A DNA stretch of 64,000 nucleotides, taken from positions 72,168,001 through 72,232,000 of the forward strand of contig OX597814.1 in assembly GCA_951406725.2 (NCBI GenBank). Direction: 5' to 3'. Below, in pieces: positions 24,435 to 38,499 of the stretch. The notes under the pieces were generated by a model that saw nothing but the letters and a program-made list of their open reading frames with translations, was not told where the DNA came from and made no database searches. The stretch comes from Octopus vulgaris (taxonomy: Eukaryota). Each line of letters begins with the position of its first letter. Within the stretch, counting starts at the first letter, position 1. A program made the position numbers and the translations under genes.

Positions 24435-27019
24435 GTAAGTGTGATAATTAGCTGAAACCTAAACTCAAATTGTTTATTTTCAGAGCTGAACAGTCCACTC
24501 CTTGCATGCTTTAGAAGTTAAACTTATGGTGCTAGGTGATCATTTAGGAAACTCTAAGCAGTTTTTCAGTATGAAAAACAAATCTATTATAAAGTTAAAT
24601 TTTGAAATATGTTCAGTTGTTAATTAGTTCCAGAATAAGTGAAATGTTTATTACAATTCGAAAAGCTGATATCAAACACAATATCTTTAGATGATAAAAA
24701 GTGCTTTAGAAACAGTGTGTGAAAATTCCTGACATTAACAGCTAATATTAATCACATTTATATGACTCACAAAAGCTTGTTTGAACCAATTTTCGAAACT
24801 CACTCTGTAATATCTCTATCTGGGATAGTATTTCCTGTGTTTAATTACAGCCTTGCAAATGTATTTTGTACTCTTTCTTTCACTGTCAATCTCTGTTTTC
24901 ACTAGCCATGCTCTTGCAGTTATTTTTCACAATTTCTTCACAAGTATATTATATATAAAGATAATCCAGATAGCTTCTCTTTCTGTCTTTACTCCCTTGA
25001 ATTGTCCTATTATTTTCACATTTCTATTTTTCTTATGTTTGTTCTCAGTTGTTTATCTTATGAAATTCAGGTGCTTTACAACAAAAAAACTATGATCTTT
25101 ACTGGAACATTTGATAACCAATCAGAAATGTATTCTGTCTTTATATTATATAGTTTACCACTGAAAGGGTTAGTGTTTTCAAAGAAGGTAATTAATTTGA
25201 GAAACTTCTGAAAGTGTATGACTCTATACTAGTAATGTATCAGTTACTATTTAAATGCATCTTATCTTGGGGAGTTATATTTATTTAATATAGTATATGA
25301 AATTTATTTTTAATTTTATATTCATTGTAGTGGAGCAATTTTTACTTTTTTTAACTTTCTATATGTTATTACTCTTAATTCAATTCAAAATACATGATAC
25401 CTCAGATGTCCAGAGTTATTAAGACTGAATCAATTACTCTTTATTTTGATGTTTAATTATAGCATTAGCCATGGTTTCATTTTGAAAACATTTACCATTA
25501 ATTATTGCTATTATCTCAATTCTGTTACCTGTCAAATTCTTTACAGATTGCTTAAGATGTCTATTGATATATTTTAAAGAATAATCTTTTTGTCAGTAGA
25601 CCTACTATATATTGGTAGTAAGCAGCAAAATTTCTGACCATTTGCACAATAGAATGTAATTTTCTTAAAATGCATTCATATATGATTTCAACTAATGCGT
25701 TATGCACTTCTACCCAATATTGCAGCAGAAAATATGAAAGTAGGTTTTCCTCTAAAGCTACTTCTAATGGATACATGTTACTTTTTAAGCCAATTCATCC
25801 ATTCTTTTTGTCTCTGATTATGACTGGCTACTTCCCCATGTTCATTTGTTCAGATATCTACTTACTGTTATTATATTCATACTTTTGAGGAGAGGAGATG
25901 AGAGGTGAGAAATTGCTTTTAACCTTTTTTGAAGTTCTTATCTTATTAACTCAGCATACTTCTAAGATTATGGTATAATTTGCTACCATAGATGCTCCCA
26001 TGTTCATTAAAATCCAAGAGTGAAACTTTTTAAAAGGTTTAACCTAAAAATTTAAACAGTTTTTATGAATATTGCACACTTTTACATATATGCAATGTGT
26101 GTGTGTGTGTGTGTGATGTCAAAATGCATATTCAATGTATGCTGTTAGTATTATTGTATGATTTTGTTTATCATTGTAGCTATGTGGTTTCATTTCATTG
26201 AAAATTTTATTAAAATGCTGGAAATAAATTTCTCTAATTACCTTGAAAATGCAATATTGCACATGGTATATCAGTTAAAAGTAACAGCACCAAAGACTAA
26301 AATATTTACTAAATGCTATATTCCTTTTCACAAATACTTTCACTATTCTGAGTTTGAATTTTGTCATGTTGTCTTAGTTGGTCTTCTTTCTTGCAGCAGT
26401 TAAACCAGTTATATCAGATGTTGTGCTGTGGGATACTAAAAAATACATAAACCACATTGGATATGCTGTATTTTAATCTAGTTTTTGAACGCTGCACATA
26501 TTATCATACAGTTTTCAAAGATGTACTGCATTCAAATTTTCTGTCTAGCCATCTTTATGTTTTGTCGATTTGGTCATAGTTGTTGTGACTGTATGCATAC
26601 ATGATGTTTATTCACCTTTATGATTTTGTACCTAGTAATTGAAATTTTTTCATAGGTACAGGTGTTTGATATTAATGTAAATAGCAGTGTGGTAGATTTG
26701 CCAGATGTAGTTGTTAATTGTTGTTGTGGTACTCTGGGGTCTTGAATAATCAACCTCCACCCCAACTTATTAATTTTTTAAATCTCTCCCCCCACCCCCA
26801 CCTTACTAAATTTTGCTAATCTATCTCTGGTAAGCTTTTATTGTAAGCTATTCATATTGATACAACAGCTGGAGAATCTAATAATAATTTATTTTACATT
26901 AAAAACATTATGTATATGACAAAAAAAGAACATTACAAGTAATACTATATGTTATAAAATAAATAGGATATATAAACTAAATAACTAATTCCGGTTTTAA
27001 AAAAATCAAGGGTGACAGC

Positions 27020-27180
27020 CTAGAAAATTTTAAATAATAATTTCTCATTTAGGCACAAGGCCAACAATTTGTGGGGAGGGACAAGTGGATTAAAGCGGCC
27101 CAGTACATTACTGGTGCTTAATTTTATCAACCCCGTAGAGATGAAAGGTAAAGCTAACCTCAGCAGGTTTGAACTCAGAC
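27020..27180 (-). mobile_element. SINE family B fragment
   Basis: ggcacaaggcc...gatgaaaggtaaagctaacctcagcaggtttgaactcaga. Confidence 0.7.
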
Positions 27181-27230
27181 GATAATGGGCCATAACTCTC
27201 TGCTGCAAGGCACGTTGCCCAATGCCCAAT

Positions 27231-27678
27231 GTAAAAACAATAATGATAATAATAATAACAAAAACAGGATGTCACAAACAGGTGTCTTTCAACAGGCGGA
27301 GTAAACTTGAGCTGGCGTGTTAGGAATGTGCCTTAGGGCAGAGAGAAAAAAAAAATGTGTGTTGCTGTGATGACCGCTGGACCCGAAAGGCCAGCAGTTG
27401 GTCAGTCAGTCACGTGTGAAGAGAAGAGAGAGGAAAAGACATTCGAAGCCTTCAGTCTTCAATCAAGAACTAGATCATCCTCGCAATTTCGGCTGATTAA
27501 TCTTGAGATTGCTCCAATCTGGCCAACCCCAAGGAAAATCTAAGCTAAGCGCATTAGATTCCTTGGAAGAAAGCTTCGAATGTATACAAAACAAAGACGG
27601 AAAAACGGACGATGTTACACGAATATGAATACAAAAATACGTAAAAACAATAATGATAATAATAATAACAAAAACAGG
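27231..27678 (+). repeat. 410-bp unit bounded by a perfect 38-bp direct repeat, containing a structured-RNA-like core
   Basis: gtaaaaacaataatgataataataataacaaaaacagg at 27231-27268 and 27641-27678. Internal hairpins at ~27371-27404 and 27439-27583. Confidence 0.7.
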
Positions 27679-27704
27679 CGTCTATATGGTTCAATCCCAG
27701 TATT

Positions 27705-28005
27705 TATTTTTTTTATGTCTAGCACTTATTCTATTAGTCCCTTTTGTTGAACTGCTAAGTTACAGGGATGTAAACAAATTAACACTGATCATCAAGCAGT
27801 GGAGGGGAACAAACACAAGCTTACACACATGTAAATATATACATATATGATGGGCTTCTTTCAGTTTCCATCTAGCAAATTCACTCATAAGGCTTTGTTT
27901 GGCTTAGAGCAATGGTAGAAAACTCTTGCTAAGGTACCATACAGTGAGACTGAACCTAGAACCATGTGGTTAGGAAGCAAACTTCTTACCACCCAGCCAT
28001 ACCTG
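27705..28005 (-). mobile_element. SINE family A copy
   Basis: Reverse complement of 21833-22206, lacking the tail. Confidence 0.8.
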
Positions 28006-28029
28006 TACTTATTGAATTTTTTGTTTTAT

Positions 28030-28885
28030 TCTTTTACATGTTTCAGTCATTTGACTGCAGTCATGCTGAAAAGGTTTTAGTCAAAGAAATTGACCCCAGG
28101 ACTTATTCTTTGTAAGCCTAGTACTTAAGCATAAGATCTGGTCATCAAATCTAAGTAGAGACTTCAAACTTGAAATCTTCAAAGCCACAGTCGAACCAAT
28201 TCTACTCTATGGCTCAGAAACCTGGACGTTATCAAAGAAGCTTGAGAGGCAGTTGGATGGAACCTACACTCGCCTCCTTATGAGAGCTCAAAATCTCTCA
28301 TGGAAGCGTCATCCAACCAAAATGCAAATATATGGGAAACTACCACCTATGTCATCTCTTGTGAAAGGTAGGAGAGTCCAGTTTGCTGGACATTGTTGTA
28401 GAGCTGAAAATGAGGCAATTTCTACTCTTCTCCTCTGGAAGCCATCTACTCGCAATACCAGAGGGTGCACACTCTCCTACCCTGATGTAATCTCCAGGGA
28501 TACAGGCATCCAGCAACAGGACCTTCGTAATGCTATGATGGATCGTGAAGTCTGGCGTAGCATGGTAAATTCCATTGTCTTGACCGCGGTCGAACAATGA
28601 TGATGATGAGTACTTATTCTGTTGGTCTCTTTTGCTGAACTGCTAATTTACAGGGATGTGAGCACACCAACACCAATTGTTAAGGGGTGGGGTGAGTAAA
28701 CACAGACACAAAACACACATATACATATATATATGACAGGCTTCTTTCAGTTTCTGTCTGTCAAATCCACTCACAAGGCTTTGGTCAGCCCAAAGTTATA
28801 GTAAAAGACATTTGCTGAATGTGTCACTCAGTGGGACTGAACCTGGAACCATGTGGTTGGGAAGCAAACTTATTACCACACAGCC
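28030..28885 (-). mobile_element. SINE family A copy split by a LINE insertion
   Basis: Tail part at 28030-28127 and body/head at 28609-28885. Confidence 0.8.
28128..28608 (+). mobile_element. 5'-truncated RTE-like LINE of a second family, with 8-bp TSD
   Basis: Open frame KIWSSNL...LLYGSETWTL...QFAGHCCR...DREVWR...VEQ* running into (TGA)n. TSD agtactta at 28120-28127 and 28609-28616. Confidence 0.9.
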
Positions 28886-29589
28886 ATTTGTCATTTGAAT
28901 AGTTGCAGTTTGTAATTTTTAGGGTTGTGGTTTATTTTGTAAACCAATCTCGACAGCACTTTTACTTTTTTTTTTATCTAATTATTATTATACCTATTCT
29001 TACCATGACCATTTAGAGTAGCTGGAGCATTGCTCATGTGATGTTTTTTGACTTGGATCTATCTGGTGTCTAAAAATTGCTAATTTTTACACAGTGTCCT
29101 CATATGGCCATTAGGTTAAGAAGCTTACTTCACTATCAGTATGGTTCTCAGTTCAACCGTATTGTCTAGCATTTTAGATAAGTATCTGCTACTATAACCT
29201 TGAATCAACTTTGTGAATGAAATTGGGTTGATAGAAACTGTAGAAGAGCTGCAGTGAATGAGTTGTGGTTTCTCTTCTTGTCACTAAACAATTAGGAAAA
29301 GGAAAATATTTATCCCCACTTAAACATGGGTGTTCTGTTCGAACAAACTCTACTGTGGTACTGTTTGTTCTGACAGAACATTCATGTGAGGATAAATATT
29401 ACCTTTCAGTATTAAAACTGCATCTGTCACCAATATATATCAGGAAAATGTTAAATATTTGTCAGTATCAGTCTGTCATTGGTTTTGATTTTTACTTTTC
29501 TCTATTCTATGATTTAGTATGAATAGCTAGATTAGGTAGTCAAAAATGCTGAAACTAATAATTGATGTCTCATACTAAAACACAATTAT

Positions 29590-29708
<119 letters not shown>

Positions 29709-29739
29709 ATTGTTGTTTTGCTTATTCTGATTCTCTTAG

Positions 29740-29820
29740 GGTCTGGATGAAGTACAGACATATGATCTTTTTTGTTCTTTCCTCACACATGGGTACCATA
29801 ATTCAGAAAAGAATTTGAAG
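29740..29820 (+). CDS. NUP188: NUP188 exon
   Basis: ctcttAG / GTAAGA. Encodes GLDEVQTYDLFCSFLTHGYHNSEKNLK, similar to recalled human GLDEEQSVQLLQCYLQEDYRGTRDSVK; 81 nt, phase 0-0. Confidence 0.9.
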
Positions 29821-32800
29821 GTAAGAAATAAAATATTTTAAATCTAATTTATTGATGTTTTAGGTAAGCAAAAAATAAAAATGTTAAACCTTTTACAATT
29901 TATTTTATATAACTTTATTTTCAGCACGTCATTCTTTGAAAAAAGCTGCTTTTTATTTTTTCTATTTCTTTGTTTCGTTTTCTGTCGGATTTTTTAATTT
30001 ATTTTTCATGAAGCTGGAAGCATTTAGAAATTGCTGGAAGCCAAGTAAATGTGTGTGCATGTGCATATATGTGTATGAATATGCACATCTTTAAGTGTCC
30101 CTAGCTTCTCTCTCTCTTTAAATGTATGTATGTGCGAATGTCTACATATATTATTGAATGAAACTTTCAGTCAATACTTCAGTTATTTAGGGAAAAAATG
30201 GTAATTATCTAATATATCAACTGGAAGGCAGAGAATGCTAATCCTTCAAGAGCTGCTGGCCAGCTTTTGATGGTACTGATTTCTCAGTAGACTTGCTTTT
30301 CATATCTAAAATCAATGCAATTGAGAAATAGCAATTCTAACTGCCATCTTTTTTTCTTTCTTTTTTTTTTTTTTAACTCCAGAACAACTGATAGGAAATA
30401 ATTTTTCCAAAGTAATGCTCCAAATCTAACGTGATGATAAATTTGATTACTGACTTTTACAGTAATTTCTCAATATTTTCTGTCAGCTAAATAAGCCATG
30501 CTAAATTTCTGAAATCCGTAGTTAAAACTTTTTACAAAAGAAAAATAGCCCAAAGTCAAAACTATTTCAAACAGCAAATTAATAACATGATAGAAGAAGG
30601 AGTAGTGTGTGTGTGTGAGAGAGAGAGAATTTATTTTAATTATGATATGCTAATGTTTCATTTGGAATTTTTTTTCAATTATTGGCAAAAATCACATAGC
30701 AGAATTTCAAATATGCAACTGGTGGGTGTGTCTGTTATTATTTGCTACAATAATAAACTTTGGTGTCTATGAAAGCAATCAAAATGATTAAGATCTTGTA
30801 CCTTTTAGTACTTGTATTTTTGTCTCAGAATTTAGAACAAATTCTTCCTCAGTTCACTACTTAACTTTGCAGAATCAGCTAATGGATTATATCTAAAAGA
30901 TAAACTTTTATGTTTTCATCAATGACTCATTCGTTGAACATTCATTAAAAGTGATATTTGTTGTGTTGTTTTTTGTTAACTTTGTTTATTGTAAATATAT
31001 ACATGCAAGACTAATTGAGGTATAATAATAATAATAGTAAAAATATGAAACTTTCTCTATGTATTCCTTATACAGAACAACATTGAATAAATGTACATTC
31101 TTAAAGTAAATGGCTTTACTAATTAGTCAGCCCTGAAAGAAGACAATTATTGTCAAATCCCACCACTGAAATAAATTTGAAGCCTATACTTAGCAAAAAG
31201 ACATCTATGATATTTTATTTTCAACACACTGACTATTTAGCCATTATCCTTATCATGTTAAAGACCATTTTTATAGCCAAACAATGGAACTGTTAACGTA
31301 TGTTCAGCTAAATTCCATAACTAACAAATTCATAACAGCTACAGCCAACTAAACTGACAGACATTCCCATTTACACATCAGCAATTTCTGTTTTGAATTT
31401 ATGTTCTTGATAAGCTGACCTTTTATGAAAACACATTATGAGGGTTATGATTACATATTTTATATTATGATAGAACTTTCATTCACTTGTGAAGAATATA
31501 CTGACAAACAATCATTGGTTGGTTTAGCTTTTCAGTAGAAAAACAATTTCTCTCTCTAGAGTGTATAAATCTTGTAGAAATAACCATTGAAGAGAAATAT
31601 ATTAATTTCCTTTGATGCCAAAACCATATTTCATATTGACAAGATGAGAGGCTGAGATCGAGGTGTTGGTTGTTGTTGCTATGCTTCGTAAATAGCTTGC
31701 TGTTGATATTGCCACCAAATCAGTCTCATAATAACCATGATACAGTGCTTTATTGGGGAATAGGATTTTGTCTCCAGTATAGCAGTCATTTCTGTTAGGT
31801 TGTTGATTAACAATATTGACTTCAAGGTGGTTTAGCTGGGTAGGTATGATATAAGTTTTCTCCTTTACCCTATGCATACACATTTACTTTTCTACATTTA
31901 ATTAATTGGATTCCATTTTATAGGATACTATACAAAAATGAATTTGCCTTTCTAACAAGATAAAAGTTAATGGTGAATATCATAAATTAATACCAGGAAA
32001 GTGAAGTTCTCTGATTTAATCTCACTTTATCTTCAGAATTTTGACCCAAAACCATCTTTTAAAGAGAACAAACTGGTAGTTTACAACTTCGGCATTGGTC
32101 ATGTTGAACCTCAACGCATGTGTGCACACAATTTAGGAAGTCAGAAGTTTGTATTCGTTGTTCATTAATTATCCATTTTTCCATTCTCCCATGGATTAGA
32201 TAAAGATATAATCAAGGCAGGATTTATGTCAGATGCTCTTCTCTGACACCAGCCTTTACTTGTTTTACATGGAAAAGATTTTCTGTTCCAGAGGAATTTG
32301 AAAGATTAGAGCTAGCAGATGATTTCTTAACAGGGTGTGTTAGCAAATGTCACAGCTGTAACTCAGCATAGCTTGTACACAACCACACAGACACATACAT
32401 ATATACTTATACATCAGGTTTCTTCCAGTTTCTGTTTACAAATTTCTTAACAAAGCATTAGTTAGTCTGGAGCTGTGGCAGAGGTTTCTTACCCAAGGCA
32501 CCACACATTGGCTGAAGCTATGTAGATGAGAAGTGAACACAATTATACATACATTGCGCACTCATACATACACAGAAAATAAAATTAAAAAAAAAAGATA
32601 TTGCTTATTAGATACACCATCTTATGTTCATTTCATTAACTCAATAGAATTATTAACATGATGTACATAGTCAAGACTTATTGTCAAATAGAAATACATT
32701 ACTTTTATATATAACATTATTTGATAGAAAAAATGCTGTCAGAACTAATCATTTTAGGTGTGACAAGTGATCAGCAGAATCCTGGATCTGTGAACTTTCT

Positions 32801-33041
32801 TGATCCATCCTAATTGGGTGTTCTTCCATATGAGGAGGATTTCATCATCCATGTGTTCACATATTTTGTACATTATATATACTTTTTATCTCATTTCCTC
32901 CTCCTTACCTCTTTCTTTCCCTTCATCTTTTAATGTAAACCCCCTCACAAATTGTAATCCATGTCATCTGAAACCCTGTGCCAAATAAAACAAATTATTA
33001 TTATTTTTTTAATTTTTTATTTATTATCATCATCATTATTA

Positions 33042-33260
33042 AGGTAGCTAGCTGAAAGAATTGTTAGCATGCCAGACAAAATGCTTAGAGGCATTTCATC
33101 TGGCTCCATGTTCTGAGTCCAAATCCTACCAAGGTCGACTTTGCCTTTCATCCTTTTGGGGTCAATAAATTATGTACCAGTTGAGTACTGGGGTTCAATG
33201 TAATTGACTTAACTCCTCCCTCCAAATTTCAGGCCTTGTGCCTATAGGAGAAAGGATTAT
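33042..33260 (+). mobile_element. SINE family B, full length
   Basis: Head agctgaaagaattgttagca, B-box-like gttctgagtccaaatcc, body gtcgactttgcctttcatcc, tail aggatt(ATT)n. Confidence 0.82.
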
Positions 33261-33279
33261 TATTATTATTATTTATTTT

Positions 33280-33800
33280 TTTTATCTTCGGTTTTATTGT
33301 AACAACTAGAGTCTTGCATGTGCTGCAGGCTTACTGCCTGAGCCTATGGTACCATACTACCTGTTCTTTTCAATTATCTAATATTTTTCCGATTATTCTG
33401 GCCATGCCAAGAGGGCAAACCTTTTGTGACAGTTCTGCTGGGTACTCTATTTTGATTTCCTTTATATTCCTCCTGATACCTTCTGATACTGTCCCCAAAT
33501 GACCCAACAATAGCTATCTTCACCTTCTTCATTTCCAATTCATCACCAAAGCTTGTTCTTGCACTGCCTCTTTTTTCAGTGTTCCTTTCTTCAGCCAATC
33601 CCTCCTATGTTTTCTAGCAACTTCAGCTGTGGCTACCTGGAATTGATGGTGTTGTCCCTTGTTCTTCCTGTCCTTTTTTGAACTGCTTCCTTTGTTTTTC
33701 CCTTTTCCTCTGCTTTCAATACTCACTCATTCCTAACTGACACTAGCAAGGTTTCCTTACTTTGGGATAGGTATCTTATAAAGTTCCTGAATTCGATATG
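33280..33800 (-). mobile_element. Degraded R4/Dong-like (RLE-type) non-LTR retrotransposon 3' fragment
   Basis: The minus strand encodes KGQHHQF...DWLKKGTLKKE and, after frameshifts, VKIAIVGSFG...KVCPLGMARIIGKILD. Homologous to 43161-43545; ends at a TAA-rich tract. Confidence 0.7.
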
Positions 33801-33973
33801 TATGCAGTCTTTCATACTTATCAGTGTCTGCACATGGATGATGGGCTCCATGTATCATTAGGAGCTCTGTCTTCCTGTCCAGCTCTTTCAGTTCCTCCTC
33901 TGTTCACTTCAAATTCCAGCACCACACCAAACTATTGCAACTGCACACAAGTTTATAACTGGATTCAGGTTCA

Positions 33974-34033
<60 letters not shown>

Positions 34034-34053
34034 GTTATTATTATTATTATTAT
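33974..34053. repeat. (TTA)n microsatellite
   Basis: Read directly; it is the source of the poly-Leu ORF. Confidence 0.95.
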
Positions 34054-34055
34054 TC

Positions 34056-34257
34056 AGTGAATTGGCAGAATCATTGCCACATCAGACAAAATAATTTGTG
34101 TAATTTCTTCTAGTTTACATTCTGCATTCAACTTTACCTTTCATCCATTAAGGGTCAATAAAATTTGTACCAGTTGAGCACTGGGGTTGATATAATCAAC
34201 TTGCTCCCTCCACAAGATATGAGGCCTTGTGCCTATAGTAGAAAGGATTATTATTAT
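34056..34257 (+). mobile_element. SINE family B copy
   Basis: Similar to 33042-33260. Confidence 0.78.
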
Positions 34258-34264
34258 CAGTATT

Positions 34265-34775
34265 GGGTGGGAAGGCAGCACATGTCACCAAAGTAACACT
34301 GGAATGCAAATATACAAAGCCCAATATTTCTGACTACTCGTCTGATAAGGATACACTAGGCACATGCATCACAGCGACCTATGCACAACATGGTGACATC
34401 ATAACAAGATAAACAGTGCACGGCCTTGCATATAACAGTGCATGATCTTGCCCAGTTAGAATTTTTTTTCTGGTTAACTAGCCCATCCATTTCAAAAGGT
34501 CCCTGAATATGGGTTGTTTAAAGATGATGAACAAGACACTTGTGTTTTCAGAGATAAATTATTCAAATCCAAAAGAATCCCTCTCAGCACATGGCTTTAA
34601 TGTTCCTCCACTACTCCTGCTCATGATCAGAGATGTGCATATCATCAGCCACTAAGGAACATTCTCATCTGGTTATGGTCAACTCTGTAGTATTGAGCAA
34701 GATATTTGTTGTAGCCCATTTTTTACACCAAAACAAAACATGTACATGATAACACTTCCAACCAAAAGCTATGAG
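34265..34775 (-). mobile_element. Family C repeat
   Basis: Similar to 9844-10410. Confidence 0.8.
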
Positions 34776-37700
34776 AATGAAACCATCAAAGAAATCATCT
34801 CTCAAAACTGGGTCTGAATGTAGCCTATAAAGTTGTTCATCTTTGTCCCTACATCTACTCCATTATCTTTTTGTAAACCACATCAGAAACTTAAAAGCAA
34901 TTTAGAATGACACAGTCAGATAAACAGAGGAGTGTTGTAATGGAAGTAAGTTCAAACTTGCAGTGATAGTCAAAGATCTATTTGTAGGGTTGATAAGCTG
35001 TTGGTTTGGGATTTAGTAGAGTATAAAGGTTTCATATTTATAGTAAATATGGGTATGGCAGCAACATAGGGTGACATATTTATTGAACATGCTTGGGAAG
35101 CAGATTGTGAAGTAACTATAAACAGATTCAACAACCAGAGGAACTAGATATTGGAGGCTTAAGGTATTTTAAAGCTGAGGTTACTGAAAGTAGAGTGGAG
35201 AAGAAAAAGTTATCAATGTGCAATTTTCTAGTTGTGGAGATAACTTCTCATAAATCAGAGAGTTGCTCAGTTGACAAAAGCACTCCTTTATAAAGGCTTG
35301 TATACGAAGTTACAGTTTAGTTAGTGCTAATGTCCTTTCAGCTGTGGTGTTTTTAGAGTGCATCATATACAGAGGGTTGACCAACTTCAAGAACATCAGA
35401 GGGTCTTATTGATGAACAAGTCAACCAAGTTGTTCAGGAATGAATTTTGCTCACAATTAAAATCTGTTGTTCCATGATTTTAATAAAAATCTTTCAGCCA
35501 AGTCTGACAGCATTTTGAATTTGTGAAACTCACCACTGAATGACCTAATCTTAGAAGTTTTTCTCTACTAAGAATCACTCATTCAGCAGGAGGAGAAATA
35601 AATCACTTTAAATGGTAGCTGCTGCATTCAATATAGCATTAGGTTTGAACAGAAATCACAATTCTTTCTCTTTGCCCACTCACATAGTATAAACTTGGAC
35701 TTAAATTTCAAAGCCAAAGCAATGTACCACTTTCTTTACAGATAATTCATCAAAACTTAGCATTCACACACACCTATGAATTAGTTTGTTTCCTCTAAGC
35801 TTCCACCCAAAAACACTTCTATTATAATTTCTGCTTTCTACTCACTGACTCTGAAATCACACTGAGTTTATTGAACAGAATTTCTCATGTCCCAAAATGA
35901 AGCTCATCAGGGATCCATTAAATGCACCTAACCCAAATGCTATACTTGTCCATTACTTGAGGTGTAACAAGTCTGAAATCTCACCTCCACATCACTGACT
36001 CATTCGACTGCAGTGTTCTGTAAATAGGCAAAACTAGTTGTGATTTGGGCAATCAGTTCCATGAATGTTTCCTTGATGTCTGTAATGTTTTCAAACCTGT
36101 GGACCAATATTTCAGTGTATCAGACCATTTGGATTTACACCTCAGATTCTCTCTTACCTGTACATCTGTACAATTAGTCCCTATGACATGTGCTTCATGT
36201 TGGTCAGGAGGAATATTTTAGTTTCACTCTAGGCACTCCAGTGCCTATGAATACTTTCTTTTTCAACATGTTACCTTTTCTCTAACCTTTTGTTACATAT
36301 TGTTCTCTTATGCCTCCTTCCCTAGGTATTTCTTCCCCCAGCCACTTTCTGAATGGTTTGTACATTTTGTGTGTCTTGTTTTGTACAGCATACATTTGTT
36401 GGCAGCTGGTGTTTTTTATCTTTTGTACAGAAGTTGGATTTCTTGCTACTGGGTATTAGAGCTGACAGAGTATCTGGACATTAAGAGTACTGGCTGTTGT
36501 ATGTTGAACAGATACTGCTATAACATGCGATGCAAACAATTAGCACTAGATGGGATTGTCTGAGTGAATGTTGCTTGTGACAGTTACATATGAGAAGTTG
36601 TGTAGCCAGATCTCAAAATGCTTAACTCATTCTATCATCTCGTATGTTAAAAATGAGTCAATGAGGAAACCTCTGTGCAGTTCATTAACCTGTTAGAAAA
36701 AGCATCTTCTTCGTATTACATTCAACTATCTTAAAAGAGGCATGGTAATTTTGTCCAATAGTAGATAGCTTATGCCTGACAAAAAAAAAATTATGAAATG
36801 GTCAGTGAAAGCCATCACATATACACTTGAATATAGAAGAGTAGAGAACAGTTAAGTTCCAATAAACCACTGATGTATCACATAAACTCATTAGGAAATA
36901 TTCAGATGCTTGAAGTGCCTATACACCATAATCTGTATAGAGACTAATGGAAAATCTGATGCATGATAGATCTAGGGAACAATTGTATTTCCAAGATGGA
37001 AAAGAAATAGAGACAGTTAACGGAGGGTACACATATATGACTGTCTGCTTCTTTCTAAATTAAATAGATAGAGATGGAAATCAATTGCTGTATAATGAAT
37101 TTCTGTATTACATTTTGAATCAGAAGAATACAAAGTTCAAAAGGCTTCAAGCAGAAACAGAAAAAATTGTGTTCTGAATGATGAGAACAGATCTTATTGT
37201 AGTAGTGTCTGCGTTATTGGTTTTGAAAATTTGAAAGTAGTTGATATAACTGTATGCGAATGTGTCAAATAAAAAATAATCAGAAGTTGCTGGAAGTGAT
37301 GCTAAGTGGACTCAGTATGTATTTAATTTTTGAACAGGCAAAATAATTTCAACATACTAAAACGAGCCATGCAATCTGTGATAGACTTTTGATTTGGCAC
37401 CTTTGAAGAGCAGTTGGATCTTTGGCCCAAAGTAAATTGAAGAATCTATAAAAAGACATGGGATAACATAAATTATTATTTATTTGCTTAAATAAAATTT
37501 ATCATAAAGGAATTTGTTGAGTCAAAACTTTACCTAGTCTTCTGGAGACTCGGTACCCATTGATTTTTAATCTTCACTCAATCATCTTGAAACTTCACTG
37601 TTTCTTTCCTTACATTATTACTTGAAATCACAGGTTTTTGATTTTTTTTCTCCCTTCAATATATCATTTCTTTTTGATTCTGATCTTGTTTTGCCACCTC

Positions 37701-38499
37701 GAAATCAATGTACAACTTTACAAATGCTGTTTCAGTGAAAATAAATATAACTTTTACTGTTCACAAATTCTAATTTGACTAACAAAAACCACTTGAAAGA
37801 AAAATTAAGAAGAAAACTTTTACTTCTTAGAGAATGGATTAATATGAGGAAACTGGTTATCATTCTATTTTGTTTTGATTTCCTCTTGTGGATTTGATCA
37901 ATAAGAAAACTGCTGCTCAGAGGTATCTTATCCCAAACTGACCAGAAGAATGCTCTAATGCATATACGAGTTAAAGTAGTTCCAAAAGCAGTAATTATTC
38001 TCATTGCTTCTCATCCAATTTCCAAATTGGTTAAATATAATTCTCCAACCAATATTCAATTTCTTTACTCCTTACAGTTTGCTGGTTATAAGAACTAAAG
38101 ATGTTATAGGATGGTCTGAATTTCTACTGCAGACTGGCGGACCAAAGTAGCATTAAAACACTCTCTGGGGTTACTTTGATTCCATATATATGCCATTTGT
38201 TGAGGCAGGCCATTAGGTGATTGACACTGAAATTCACATTTATTATATAGAAAGAAGTTTACAATTCAGTATCTCCATAGTGCCATTACTGGGGAAAATA
38301 ATTCTTTAGGATATAGAAGCACTTTTCTTCTCTTGTATGGCAGAAAGTTCACTACTTACCAGTTACTCGAATCAACAGCAATAATGCACAGTGGGTATGA
38401 ATGCATAAAGCTTTAAAGGAAGTCACAGCAGTTTAATATTTGATTCCCCTATTTCACTCATTATTTAGCATCGTATTATTTGAGATTATTACTGCTATT

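Noticed and set aside
34780-36660. Very old CR1/L2-like RT remnants
   Set aside because: Only faint motif traces (e.g. KSFSQV*Q near 35490); boundaries and family cannot be supported by eye.
37732-38320. Minus-strand coding-like stretch next to the Helitron helicase relic
   Set aside because: No recognisable motif or splice-consistent frame; left unannotated.
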